The notes under the pieces: model-generated
What the model was told of the DNA's origin: nothing
Seen by the model: the letters and a program-made list of their open reading frames with translations, nothing else
The model's database searches: none
Shown: in pieces, positions 44,908 to 55,478 of the stretch
Numbering within the stretch: the first letter of the stretch is position 1
How the letters are laid out: each line of letters starts with the position of its first letter
Translations under genes and position numbers: made by a program
Source: Nitrososphaerales archaeon
GTDB taxonomy: Archaea > Thermoproteota > Nitrososphaeria > Nitrososphaerales > UBA213
NCBI GenBank assembly: GCA_965197925.1
Contig: CBDAOC010000017.1
Location: 157,102-221,101 of the forward strand
Length of the DNA: 64,000 nt
Direction of reading: 5' to 3'

Positions 44908-46089
44908 TTAAGGTGATTCAAAAGGGTCTGGTCTTTCTCCAAGTATCACTGAGAGATCGATCGTTTCTCCATCCCTAATAATAGTTAGCAACAACTCGTC
45001 ACCCACAAATCTTTCTCTTTCCAAATAAACCAAAACATCATCTAATTTTCTAATCTCAAGATCATCAATTTGTATAATTACATCTCCACCAAGAATGACC
45101 TGCATACCATCAAGTGTGACCTCTCTTTCTCCACCTTTTAATCCTGATTTTGATGCAGGACTGTTTTCTACTACGTCTACCACCAAAAATCCCAGTGCTT
45201 TCTCAAGACCCAATTCATCCGCAATCTCTGGTGTAACATCCCTTCCAGATACTCCCAGCCATGGATGCTTGTAAACACCATCGTTGATAAGAGCTTGAGC
45301 GACACTACTTACTGTATTAGATGGGATTGCAAAACCAATACCAGAAAATCCTTCTGTGGGCGATCTTATGGCTGAATTTACCCCTACGACCTCTCCTCTC
45401 AAGTTCAACAACGGACCACCAGAGTTTCCTGGATTAATTGCTGCATCAGTCTGGATTATATTTGGAATTGAAAATCCTCGTGCCTCAGTGAGTGGTAACA
45501 ATCTACCCAGCTGGCTGACTATACCCGTTGTCATTGAACCGCTCAGACCGAATGGATTGCCTATAGCTGCTACCTGATCTCCAACTTGAAGTTTGGATGA
45601 ATCGGCCAGCGGTAATGGGAATAGCTTATCTCTTGGAGTATCTACTCTTATCACAGCAAGGTCTGAATAGGGATCCGAGCCCACAACGACAGCTCTATAA
45701 ATGGCACCATCCTGGAATGTGATATCGATTCTATCTGTGTCATCAACCACATGAAAATTAGTTATTACGTGACCATCGTGATCGAAAATAAATGCAGATC
45801 CAACACCACCTCCTCCTAAAGTTTCGGATCTAGTAGTCACCTGCACAACAGAATTTTCTACAGTTTTAAAGAGTTCCTGTAAAGACAGATCTGTTTCAGA
45901 CGGCTCTATAAACACTATATCACCCTGGGTAGTTAAAGAATTCCCGTTGGCCTGTATGAGAGGAGTCCTAGGAGTCTCAGGCGGGGTTAAAGTATTATTT
46001 GGATCACCAGGACCTTGTATTACTGCCGCATAGTAATACATACCACCTGCAATAACTATTAGAACCCCTATGACAATAGCACTTTTCAT
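44908..46089 (-). CDS. htrA: HtrA/DegP-family serine protease with PDZ domain
   Basis: TNFHVV, DLAV, QTDAAINPGNSGGPL; N-terminal TM; PDZ domain. Confidence 0.93.
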   Translation of the reverse strand: MKSAIVIGVLIVIAGGMYYYAAVIQGPGDPNNTLTPPETPRTPLIQANGNSLTTQGDIVFIEPSETDLSLQELFKTVENSVVQVTTRSETLGGGGVGSAFIFDHDGHVITNFHVVDDTDRIDITFQDGAIYRAVVVGSDPYSDLAVIRVDTPRDKLFPLPLADSSKLQVGDQVAAIGNPFGLSGSMTTGIVSQLGRLLPLTEARGFSIPNIIQTDAAINPGNSGGPLLNLRGEVVGVNSAIRSPTEGFSGIGFAIPSNTVSSVAQALINDGVYKHPWLGVSGRDVTPEIADELGLEKALGFLVVDVVENSPASKSGLKGGEREVTLDGMQVILGGDVIIQIDDLEIRKLDDVLVYLERERFVGDELLLTIIRDGETIDLSVILGERPDPFESP

Positions 46090-46196
46090 TAAAGATTAGT
46101 ACTATCGTCACATCTATATTCTTTTTCTAATATTACAGGAATCAAACAGATAATACAATCGGTTCTAGCAATTCTTAAAATTAGATACTACGTAAT

Positions 46197-47075
46197 ATGA
46201 CGTTGGTTAGCAAGCGGCAATCTAAAGATCAAGTGAACCTGAAGGATATAATATCACAAAAAGACGTACAAATTATTCGTAATATATCAATAAAAACAAA
46301 ATATTTAGTCAAATGGACTACATATGTGATTGGGAGTGACGCAGCAAAATACCAAACATCATCATTATTCAAGTTGATTGAAGAGAATATCTAAAGTGCT
46401 TGAGGATAGGACAATGTTTGATGGAAATGATAGATAATGATAAAAACGGTAAAGCAAGGGAAATCAAAAAGGAGGTTACTGACATTATTAATGGGGTATT
46501 AGAGATGACATAAAAAAACAGTTAGAAGTAAGGAAAATAATTGTTGTGGAGCTAAACAACTTTTAAAAAGACTAAATGCTCCAAGGCAGTCCATCCATGA
46601 GTTCTAAATATGATACTATGAACAAAGTGTGTCGAATTGTTCATGAAGCACATACGCCTAAGGTGTAACCGCTTTCCTCAATGTCAAACTGAGTAACAAT
46701 AAAGAACCATATGAACATATAAACAATTGATAAAAGACTTTACGTTATAGCATTGGTCGGAAGGGAAATCTCGCCAATTCTTGAATTACTGAAACGAAAA
46801 AGGAAAATCTGCCTTACACAATGCAGGTCATAGTTAGGAAAAGCATTAGTACAGAAGAAAAATAAAGATGAAAGATATGATCAGAATGACAGCTTGAATC
46901 AATTATGGATTAAATATCTATGCGGAGGAGCATACTAGACAGAAAGAATGATAAAATGATCCGGTGTACAGAAGGAAGGATCGGTTAGATTGGCATAAAC
47001 TCATTAAATCCAAAGTCAAGTATGTAGTTAAGCAATTTAGGTCATATTACAATGATTATATGCAATCTCAACATA
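46197..47075 (+). pseudogene. Highly degraded ORF, possibly transposase-derived
   Basis: Purine-rich coding-like strand bias with many stops; no clear motif. Confidence 0.25.
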
Positions 47076-47108
47076 GATACTACACCTTAGAATGAATATA
47101 GTTAGAAA

Positions 47109-48308
47109 TTAAAGTGTAAAACCCTGCGAGCTGTAGCGTGAATAAACATAGTTTCTGGCCCGCCATGTCACACCTTTTCTTCTTTTCCCTTTCACAACAC
47201 CTGAAAGGAAACCCATAGCAATTATCACTGCAGCAAGAGGAGCTGCAAGCGCATATATCACATTTAGCTTTAGACTTGCAGATGCCTCTATCATGCCAGC
47301 TAAAGTGACAAGTACACATATGGCACCACTTACTGCAAAGAGTATTTTTGTTATCATGTTGTCTAAGAAGAATGCAGAGTAGGGAAAAATTATGAACGGC
47401 GTGAGGAAAAGAAAAAAAGTTATTATGGATATAGCAATTGCTTGAAATCTATTCGTTACATAAAGCGGAATAACAAGTCTCCCAAGACCATTCCACAAAG
47501 AGCTAAAGTCCCGCGCCCAGACTGCGGTGATAAGATTCTCTCCACTGAACATTTTTAGTTTATAACCACTCTTCTTCACACGAGAACCAAGAGCACCATC
47601 TTCGACAAGTTCATTTCTAACTCCAGAATGCGTACCAATAGCTTCATAGATCTTGCGTTTTATCACGTAAAAACTTCCAAAGAAGTACCCAATTCCGTGC
47701 ATAGGATCATTAACTCGTAACGGAGAATATCGTGAATGCAAAAAAGTGCTTAAAAATGGTAATGTCATTTTGGTCCACCGGTCTAAGCAAATAAGTCGTG
47801 GTACCAATGTGAGAGCGTCCAGCCCTTCCCCCAATACTTTGGAGACAGCTCGGGAGATCAAGTTTTTATCGTAATTCGTATCTGCATCTGTAAAGAGCAG
47901 AAGATCTCCATCAGAACGGATATATCCCTGATAACATGCCCAATTCTTCCCAACCCACCCATCAGGTTTAGGTCCTGCTTCCAAGAAAATAATTTTTTTA
48001 TCCTGTACCGCACGTTCCTTGATCAAACTAACCGTTCTGTCAGTTGAAGAATCATCTACAGCTATAATATTGTAATTAGGATAATCTTGGGCCCTTATCG
48101 AATCAAGGCAATTGCTTATGAAGCATTCCTCATTTCTTGCGGGTAGAATGACGCTGACTTTAGGGTACGTAATACTAACTGTTGAATCAAGTTTTGGTAT
48201 TTGTCTAAATGATTTTGCCATGTATGCAAGCAGGTATACCCAAGTGCCCAGTACCCCAACCATCATGGATAATAGTATAAGATGGAAAATATTGAATATT
48301 ATTCCCAT
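47109..48308 (-). CDS. Membrane GT2 glycosyltransferase (HpnB/CrtQ-like)
   Basis: PARNEE, DDSSTDRT, GWVGK, FTDAD, VEDG; flanking TM helices. Confidence 0.88.
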   Translation of the reverse strand: MGIIFNIFHLILLSMMVGVLGTWVYLLAYMAKSFRQIPKLDSTVSITYPKVSVILPARNEECFISNCLDSIRAQDYPNYNIIAVDDSSTDRTVSLIKERAVQDKKIIFLEAGPKPDGWVGKNWACYQGYIRSDGDLLLFTDADTNYDKNLISRAVSKVLGEGLDALTLVPRLICLDRWTKMTLPFLSTFLHSRYSPLRVNDPMHGIGYFFGSFYVIKRKIYEAIGTHSGVRNELVEDGALGSRVKKSGYKLKMFSGENLITAVWARDFSSLWNGLGRLVIPLYVTNRFQAIAISIITFFLFLTPFIIFPYSAFFLDNMITKILFAVSGAICVLVTLAGMIEASASLKLNVIYALAAPLAAVIIAMGFLSGVVKGKRRKGVTWRARNYVYSRYSSQGFTL

Positions 48309-48310
48309 GT

Positions 48311-48733
48311 TTATCTCTTCTTTTCAGCCTCTAAGCTTATTCTTTCCAAGGCATCTTCAGTGCCGCGCTCAATATGACCTTTGAGCATGCTCGAGAACAC
48401 CGACATCATTCCGGATAGTTTGATTTCCCATACAACCTTCACATTAGTTTTGTTGTTCAAATCATTTAGGGAAATGGTCTTTGTTCCCTTAATGGGCCCA
48501 TCAGTTATGATTACTTCAATACTATTCAAAGGTGTCAATACTACAGTTTCCATACATTTAGAATTCTTGAATGCTATGACCACTTCTCTTCTTATAATAT
48601 TGCCTTCAACACTAATGTTCCTAACCGACTTTGTACCATGCCAATACTTGGGCTCATCATCAAGATTGCTAGCAATATTCCAGACCTTACTTAGCGGCGC
48701 GTTAATCTCTCTACTTGCCTCAATATGGACCAC
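48311..48733 (-). CDS. SRPBCC-family protein
   Basis: INAPLSKVW...PKYW; C-terminal helix. Confidence 0.8.
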   Translation of the reverse strand: MVHIEASREINAPLSKVWNIASNLDDEPKYWHGTKSVRNISVEGNIIRREVVIAFKNSKCMETVVLTPLNSIEVIITDGPIKGTKTISLNDLNNKTNVKVVWEIKLSGMMSVFSSMLKGHIERGTEDALERISLEAEKKR

Positions 48734-48865
48734 TATTAGCTATAACTCCATGTAGGTTTATTAGTTAATCCCTAACAACCTCCGCAGTATCATAGAGAAA
48801 TTGAATTAATTAGAAATTCTAATCTTGTGAGTTAGACGAAATTCAAAAATTATTACTTAATCCCC

Positions 48866-49132
48866 TTTAGGTTTTTCCTTTAGGTTTTTCCTTTAGGTTT
48901 TTCCTCTTTAGGTTTTTCCTCTTTAGGTTTTTCCTCTTTAGGTTTTTCCTCTTTAGGTTTTTCCTCTTTAGGTTTTTCCTCTTTAGGTTTTTCTTTAGGT
49001 TTTTCTTTAGGTTTTTCCTCTTTAGGTTTTTCTTTAGGTTTTTCCTCTTTAGGTTTTTCCTCTTTAGGTTTTTCCTCTTTAGGTTTTTCCTCTTTAGGTT
49101 TTTCCTTTAGGTTTTTCCTCTTTAGGTTTTTC
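48866..49132. repeat. 19-unit tandem array tttaggtttttc(c/ctc) with 12/13/15-bp units, encoding (E)EKPK on the minus strand
   Basis: Parsed directly from sequence. Confidence 0.95.
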
Positions 49133-49702
49133 AGATTTTTCTTCCTTTATTTCCAATCCCTCAGTTTCTTTATCTAGGATTTCCGCAAGTTCTTCTTCAC
49201 CCAATTCGATCTTTTCCTGTTCTGATTCTATTTCTTCCTTTTTCTGACCTTCATTTTTTATTTCTTCCTCTCTTCCTTTTCCTTCGATTGCTTCAATTTT
49301 CTTTGGTTCCGAAGGTGCAGTTTCCTGTTCTTTTTCAGTACCTTCTACAACAGTTTCATCAGCTGTTGGAGGTGTTGGTGATACATCTGCCTCAGCCGCC
49401 GGCTTTTCTTTTACTTTACCTTTCTTCAAATCCTCAGTATAAAGTGAAACAGTTACAACATCATCTTCATCTTTCATCATCTTTACTCTAACCCTCCTAG
49501 GTGGATGTCTAATACCCCGTTTCCACATCATTTCATTCAAACTTTGTTCTATCTTCACATCTTCAGATTTCATATGACGTCGTGCAAATTCCCTGATCAT
49601 ATTAATTGCACGCTTCGTTCTTCTAATCCTAGGAGCTAACCATACCTTTGAAAGGTTTATTGTATAAATGCGACTACCTTCTTCTTCAGACAAAATCCTC
49701 AC
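49094..49702 (-). CDS. rpl31e: 50S ribosomal protein L31e with long acidic C-terminal extension
   Basis: RIYTINL...RRTKRAI...RHMK...WKRGIRHPP; GTGA coupling to rpl39e. Confidence 0.92.
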   Translation of the reverse strand: MRILSEEEGSRIYTINLSKVWLAPRIRRTKRAINMIREFARRHMKSEDVKIEQSLNEMMWKRGIRHPPRRVRVKMMKDEDDVVTVSLYTEDLKKGKVKEKPAAEADVSPTPPTADETVVEGTEKEQETAPSEPKKIEAIEGKGREEEIKNEGQKKEEIESEQEKIELGEEELAEILDKETEGLEIKEEKSEKPKEEKPKGKT

Positions 49703-49857
49703 CCTACTTCAACGTCGGTTCTTCTCCAGGCTCTCTGCTTTGGATTCCTTCTCACTTTCCTGCCTGTTCTCACTATAACCCAAGCTGGAAGTGAAGTATT
49801 TTGCTTGGTTTTTTTCATTAATCTGTTCTTGCGTCCAGAATGCTTTCTTGCAGCCAT
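49699..49857 (-). CDS. rpl39e: 50S ribosomal protein L39e (52 aa; not in ORF track)
   Basis: MAARKHSGRKNRLMKKTKQNTSLPAWVIVRTGRKVRRNPKQRAWRR. Confidence 0.92.
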   Translation of the reverse strand: MAARKHSGRKNRLMKKTKQNTSLPAWVIVRTGRKVRRNPKQRAWRRTDVEVG

Positions 49858-49884
49858 TATGAAAGCATAAATCAAAGACCCTTT

Positions 49885-50454
49885 TTAAATCATTCCACTT
49901 TTGTTAAGGATGTAATGAATCTGTTTCAGTATTCTTGCGGTTGCTCCCCACACTACCATGTCTTTATATTCAAATCTATGGACCTCCCCGAAATTTGCAT
50001 GTTCTAGATCAATTTCTACCGTCTTGAGCAGGTCAAATAATGGAACATCGATCACCGCATCGATTTCATTTAAATTGGGTTTTGGATCTGCAATTTTATT
50101 AATAATTGCAACGTAAGGCGCTATGGCGAAATTTGAACTCAATGTATGTACATTCCTTAAACATCCTATAACATCACTTTGATCAATTCTAATACCTATT
50201 TCCTCCCAAGTTTCCCTAATCGCTGTATGTAGGAGATCCCTGTCTGAATTCGAATAAGTTCCACCGGGGCATGAGATCTCTCCACCATGGTTCCTAAGCC
50301 TTTTACTACGCTTGGTGAGTATCAAATACGGTTTTTCTTTGCAATAATGAATTATTACCAACACTGCTGCAAGAATTCCCTCCTCGAGTCTCCCCTCCTT
50401 CGCTAGATAAGGTTTCAAGACTTGAAGCAACCGTGAATTGTCCAATGTTGACAA
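49885..50454 (-). CDS. Nudix hydrolase, CoA pyrophosphatase-like
   Basis: LTKRS..LRNHGGEISCPGG...TAIRETWEEIG; VWGATA. Confidence 0.88.
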   Translation of the reverse strand: MSTLDNSRLLQVLKPYLAKEGRLEEGILAAVLVIIHYCKEKPYLILTKRSKRLRNHGGEISCPGGTYSNSDRDLLHTAIRETWEEIGIRIDQSDVIGCLRNVHTLSSNFAIAPYVAIINKIADPKPNLNEIDAVIDVPLFDLLKTVEIDLEHANFGEVHRFEYKDMVVWGATARILKQIHYILNKSGMI

Positions 50455-50641
50455 CTCGTGAACGAAATAAATATGCCTTTGCCCATTTTGCCAGTTTTAT
50501 AGCCAAATATTTGCAACTTTAATTATGCCTAACTTGTCGGGGGACATTATGATAAATATAACTTGAACTAGATAGCTGATAGCAGTGTTCTTGCTAATGT
50601 TTTCGAACTCAACTGTAGTTTATGGTTTCCTAAATTAATTT

Positions 50642-50944
50642 CTAAGGGAAAACTCCCAAAAACGTTTTAGTAAATTTTCTTTTAGCAGTAGTTAATGCCT
50701 TTTTTCCTCTTGGAGTAAGTGTGTAGGTAATTGTTTTTCCCTCTTTTTCTTCTTCAAGGAATCCAGCTTCTCTTAATCCCTTGAGTGCAGGATAAATTGT
50801 TCCAGGACTAGGCTTTTCACCCTTTCTTTTAGCGATCTCATTAGCTATTTCCTGTCCATGCATTGATTTTTCAGATAATAAAAACAGAATAAGAAATCCC
50901 AGAAACCCTCTCATATCACAACAATTATCAGTAATTCTCCCCAT
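50642..50944 (-). CDS. PadR-family regulator
   Basis: MHGQEI...SPGTIYPAL...YTLTPRG. Confidence 0.88.
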   Translation of the reverse strand: MGRITDNCCDMRGFLGFLILFLLSEKSMHGQEIANEIAKRKGEKPSPGTIYPALKGLREAGFLEEEKEGKTITYTLTPRGKKALTTAKRKFTKTFLGVFP

Positions 50945-51020
50945 GCTACATTTTGGAGTCTGATATATTTAAATAGTAAACTAATGTATCGTATGTCCGA
51001 TATTACAAAGGAGGTGTTTA

Positions 51021-51173
51021 ATGGGAAATAGTTGTTGCGGCATAAGCCAACAAACGGCAAGAAGCTTTCTTACCAAAAAAGAAAGGATTGCCTTGCTAAA
51101 AGAGTACAAAGAAGAGGTTGATAAAGAATCTCAAGGTATTGCTGAGCAAATAAAGGAGCTTGAAAAAGAATAA
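51021..51173 (+). CDS. 50-aa Cys-Cys coiled-coil protein (DUF5320-like)
   Basis: MGNSCCG...RSFLTKKERIALLKEYK; SD AAGGAGGTG. Confidence 0.7.
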   Translation: MGNSCCGISQQTARSFLTKKERIALLKEYKEEVDKESQGIAEQIKELEKE

Positions 51174-51584
51174 TCTCGTAGTGCCCCTACCCATCAAGCT
51201 CTATCTTTATTTTTTTGAAATAACTGGGTTTAGGAGATATTACTTTATGTTGTATCCCTACATAATACCCTAGAAGGAACAGGATTACTAGAGTAGTGAC
51301 TAAAGTTAATGAATCCATTGTATGTCATCCTCAATGAGATTCTTTAGAATTATGAGATTCTCATCTCTTTTTGCCATTACCTTGGCTATTTTGTTTAATC
51401 CTTCTATGAGTTCGAGAATAGGAGCCTATACAGAACTGTTGGCAAAGCACGCAATGCCAGTTATCATTGATAACGTTTTGATTGTAATTAGTTTCTTGCC
51501 ACCTTCCAGACTAGTTTTTTAGAATTGGAAAGTATCTTTACACAAAGTTTGGTAGATGAAAATTAAATTTATAGTTAATTCTTT

Positions 51585-51803
51585 TTAGGATGGGTCAGTT
51601 ATTAAATTAACTTTTAATGTAGAATATTCAAAGTTCATTGAAGGAGGGGGATGCACCATAGTATCTAACCATGCCTCCAATTCTTTCTTCTCGATATACG
51701 CACCCCACCCTCCTAACACCGTCATGATAGTGAATATGATAATGAGTATGCCAACTATTCGTTTTTCCCTTTTTTTATGTCCGTAAGGATCATTATTGGT
51801 CAA
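51585..51803 (-). CDS. Small single-TM protein
   Basis: One hydrophobic helix. Confidence 0.4.
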   Translation of the reverse strand: MTNNDPYGHKKREKRIVGILIIIFTIMTVLGGWGAYIEKKELEAWLDTMVHPPPSMNFEYSTLKVNLITDPS

Positions 51804-51938
51804 GTAATGACTCTATAATCAAGGGATAGACATAAGTTTATCTCATTAAAGGTTAGTCTTTAATAAAACATAAAATATTTCTGATCATATTTTTAACTTT
51901 CTTTGGTAATTGATAATGATCCATTTCTCTATGTGATC

Positions 51939-52151
51939 TTACGCTTCTAATTTTCTCATCTCTGTGTTGAATTCTGTCTTCAGACATCTTGGACATCTTT
52001 CATTTCTTCCCCTTATTACCCAATAAATAATGCCACCTATAAAAGTCAGGCAAGTGAGCCAAAACTGGACCCCTACTGATGCGTTATAACCTATGACAAA
52101 GATTTCTCCACAATTCTTACAGGTCTTTATAGGTATATTCAACTCTACCAT
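51939..52151 (-). CDS. Small membrane zinc-ribbon protein
   Basis: CKNC, hydrophobic hairpin, CPRC. Confidence 0.6.
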   Translation of the reverse strand: MVELNIPIKTCKNCGEIFVIGYNASVGVQFWLTCLTFIGGIIYWVIRGRNERCPRCLKTEFNTEMRKLEA

Positions 52152-52364
52152 GATTTATTGTACAAGAATGGCAATAGATTAAGTTTACTTTCAGCAGGCT
52201 CACGGGTAATATTGATTTTGTGATGCACCAGTTGAGAGGATGATAGATGGGTTTTTTTAAATAACTTGACAGAGAACTATAAGTCTATAGTTAAACAAAG
52301 CTAGTTTATTAAAGTATATGTTATTTTGTTCTATACATGAACAATATCTTGGCTTGATGATATT

Positions 52365-53162
52365 GTGAATTATATACTCCTTTATTTCAGATTCCTTGTA
52401 TTGGAAATATCATATGAAATGAATCCTCCCAAGATCGTAAGAAGCGGTGTCTTCAATCTTGATTCACTTAATTATGACATACGTAACTTTTGTGATAAGA
52501 TTTCTCGACTTGTTGGTCTGGTTGATAGTATACATATAACCGATTCAGTTTTGGGTATACCAAGAGTATCCAGTATTGGCGCAGCTCATGAAATCATGAA
52601 ACAACATAATAGTATAAAATTGCGCTGCAGCGTGCGTTCAAGGGATAGAAATCTAAGCGCATTGATTCAGTTGGTTTCTGACGCAATAATGTTGGGTGTT
52701 GAAAGTTTGCTTGTAGTGAAGGGAGATAAGCCTGAAGGACCCTCCGTAGATTCTGGTTTGCAGCCAAGCCAAATTGTGAAAATATTAAACGAACAAGGCT
52801 TTGGTGACAAAATCAAACTTTTCCTTTCGGTCCCATGCAATCCTGATCTGAGTAAAATACAGAAAAAGGTGGAAGCAGATCCTTTTGGTTTCATAACGCA
52901 AACCATAAGCTCACTTCATCATTTACAGATCATCTTTGATCATGTCAAAAGTAATAATATCAAAGTGATCCCTAACATTATGGTTCCATCGCCAAAAAAC
53001 AGGGAATGTGCGAAATTGATTGGTCTTGATTGGGGAGATTATGAAAATGATACTCAATCATTCATTAGAGGCGCTTTGGATATTTGTGGGGAGGTTCTAA
53101 TAACATCCCCAAACAGTTTTAATGAGGGAATAAATGTTCTGAGTACATTAAGGAGTGAGTGA
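52365..53162 (+). CDS. Methylenetetrahydrofolate-reductase-like protein (start uncertain)
   Basis: EMNPP, HITD, RSRDRN, VKGD, FITQ; upstream of the metE halves. Confidence 0.7.
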   Translation: MNYILLYFRFLVLEISYEMNPPKIVRSGVFNLDSLNYDIRNFCDKISRLVGLVDSIHITDSVLGIPRVSSIGAAHEIMKQHNSIKLRCSVRSRDRNLSALIQLVSDAIMLGVESLLVVKGDKPEGPSVDSGLQPSQIVKILNEQGFGDKIKLFLSVPCNPDLSKIQKKVEADPFGFITQTISSLHHLQIIFDHVKSNNIKVIPNIMVPSPKNRECAKLIGLDWGDYENDTQSFIRGALDICGEVLITSPNSFNEGINVLSTLRSE

Positions 53163-54096
53163 ATTGACAAAAACCTATGCATTGGGAATATACCCAAGAT
53201 CTTCGAGTTTAATTGAAGCGACCAGGAAATATGACAAGACACTTCCAAAGTTATATCAAATGGAAAAGAAGAAACTCATAAAGATACAGAAAGAGGCCAA
53301 TTTGAGTTATGTTAGTGACCCTTTGCTTGATTGGGACGATATGTTCAGACCGTTTTCCAATTTAAAAAACGTTAGTTTAGGCGCTTTGAACAGATTTTTT
53401 GAAACTAACACTTTCTATCGAAAGTTGATTATCAATGGAGAGTTTGAGAACTCTTCCAGTATCATGACTTCTCATCTTGCACTCTCCTTATTGCCCAAGA
53501 AAAAAGGGTTAGCTGTATGTATGCCTGATCCTTACACATTTGCCGATTTGAACGAAAACAAATACTACAACAGCTATACAGATTATATTTTCGCGATTGC
53601 AGATATGCTGAGGAGGGAAGCAAAGGCACTTGCGAGGGCTAAGGTTGGGTTTATCCAGTTGAATGCTCCATCAGTTGCTTACAATGCTGACAAGATAGAC
53701 ATTGGCATTGTTAAAGAAGCCGTAGAGAGAATTAAGAATGGATTGAAGATAAAAATTTATTTGCATCTGTATTTCGGAGACGTTAGCAAAATATTTAGTA
53801 AATTGTTGGATATAAATGTCGATGGCTTGAGTATAGATCTATCACACACTGATTTAAATTCCATAACTGATTACAAAGTAGACAAGGGCTTGTGCTTAGG
53901 TATAGTTGATAGTATGAATACAAAAATGGAAGATGTTAAGCAAAAATCAAAGACAGTTTTAGATGCTTTTGAAAAGATGGGTCCAAAGGAAGCGTATATT
54001 AGTACTACCTGTGATTTGGAATTCTTACCTTATGAGTTTGCTGTTAAGAAATTATCGAGGTTGGGAATTATTGGGAGGAAAGTAAAGTATGGATAA
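53155..54096 (+). CDS. MetE N-terminal-half (non-catalytic) subunit
   Basis: GIYPR, RFFETNTFYR, IQLNAP; zinc ligands degenerate (HLYFG). Confidence 0.8.
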   Translation: MSELTKTYALGIYPRSSSLIEATRKYDKTLPKLYQMEKKKLIKIQKEANLSYVSDPLLDWDDMFRPFSNLKNVSLGALNRFFETNTFYRKLIINGEFENSSSIMTSHLALSLLPKKKGLAVCMPDPYTFADLNENKYYNSYTDYIFAIADMLRREAKALARAKVGFIQLNAPSVAYNADKIDIGIVKEAVERIKNGLKIKIYLHLYFGDVSKIFSKLLDINVDGLSIDLSHTDLNSITDYKVDKGLCLGIVDSMNTKMEDVKQKSKTVLDAFEKMGPKEAYISTTCDLEFLPYEFAVKKLSRLGIIGRKVKYG

Positions 54097-55096
54097 ACCT
54101 TTTCCAACACAGGAGATTGGTAGTTTGAGAAAGCCTGGATGGCTGCTTGAGCTTGTAAGAAATAAACAGATAAAGGATGAAGATAAGAGTAAGGCCAGAA
54201 ATGATGCAGCGTATCTCAACATCAAAACCATGGAAGATTTAGGTTTAGATATTGTCTATGATGGAGAAGTAAGAAGGGTTGAGATGTACGAATATCCGAT
54301 CAGATATACAAAGGGCTTTGAATTTGCAGGTTTGATCCGTTCATGGGATAACAAGTATTACAAAAAGGCCAGATGTAATAGTAGAGTAGCATACGAGTCG
54401 AATTTTCTTTTGGATGAATACAATTTCGTGAAAAATAGTTCTGATAAAACCATCAAAGTTCCCGTCACCGGTCCATATACACTTGGCGACTGGTCATATA
54501 ATGAATATTACAGTAGTAAGGAAGAATTCGTTATTGATCTCGCACGCAATGTTGTAAGACCTCTGATTGTAGATCTTGTGAAGCATGGAGCAAAAGAAAT
54601 ACAGATAGATGAACCTGCAGCTACCACGCATCCAAATGAGATGGGCATGTTTGCAGAAGCCATTAATGAGTGTGCTAAAGGCATCGATGCGAGGATAACG
54701 GTTCATGCATGCTATAGCGGAAATGATTATTTGGCATTAATCCCATACTCAAATGAAATCAAGGTGACACAGTTTGCCCTTGAATTTGCAAACAGGGACA
54801 GTTGGAAACTTGGTACGACAGACGATGTCAGGAATGGTTATTCAGTTTTGAAAGCATTCAAGGAGCATGGATTTACCGGTGAGATAGGTTTAGGTGTTGT
54901 TGATGTTCATGTTAATGAAATGGAACCACAGGAATTGGTTAGGGATCGCTTGCTTTATGCCGCGAAAATATTAGACCCAACTAAAATTTTTGCCAATCCT
55001 GATTGTGGTTTGCGGACACGAACGAGAAGTGTTGCGTTTGAAAAACTGAGGAGAGTTGTTCAGGGTGCAGAATTGGCAAGAAATTCATTGAATTAG
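54089..55096 (+). CDS. metE: Cobalamin-independent methionine synthase catalytic subunit
   Basis: IGSLRKP, DGEVRR, TGPYT, QIDEPA, HAC, LEFAN, NPDCGL. Confidence 0.88.
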   Translation: MDKPFPTQEIGSLRKPGWLLELVRNKQIKDEDKSKARNDAAYLNIKTMEDLGLDIVYDGEVRRVEMYEYPIRYTKGFEFAGLIRSWDNKYYKKARCNSRVAYESNFLLDEYNFVKNSSDKTIKVPVTGPYTLGDWSYNEYYSSKEEFVIDLARNVVRPLIVDLVKHGAKEIQIDEPAATTHPNEMGMFAEAINECAKGIDARITVHACYSGNDYLALIPYSNEIKVTQFALEFANRDSWKLGTTDDVRNGYSVLKAFKEHGFTGEIGLGVVDVHVNEMEPQELVRDRLLYAAKILDPTKIFANPDCGLRTRTRSVAFEKLRRVVQGAELARNSLN

Positions 55097-55478
55097 ACAT
55101 GAATATGAAAGCTTAACGAATTCAGAATTATTTGAATTCTTTATACTAAACTTGTGGATTCCGTGCAATTGTTGATTAGACTAACCTATATGCAGTTGTT
55201 GTTACTGTTAATGAAAATAAAGCGAGATATTGGTAATAGTATGTTGTTATGATAATATGAGACTACCACTTTACCAATGATTGTTGATAATTCTATATTA
55301 ACCGCAACTCAGTTAAAAAAAGCACTTGAGTAAATCCACATAAAAAATTCCAATTATGGTTCAGGCCAGAGAATATCCATATAACCTCAATAGGAAGTTC
55401 CCTCGATTCAAGACCTAACTTTTTAAATATTAACGATGTCCATTTTTAATGATAATATATCCTATTACTGGGCAAATA

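Noticed and set aside
48866..49132. CRISPR or telomere-like array
   Set aside because: No spacers; decodes as EEKPK continuing the rpl31e frame
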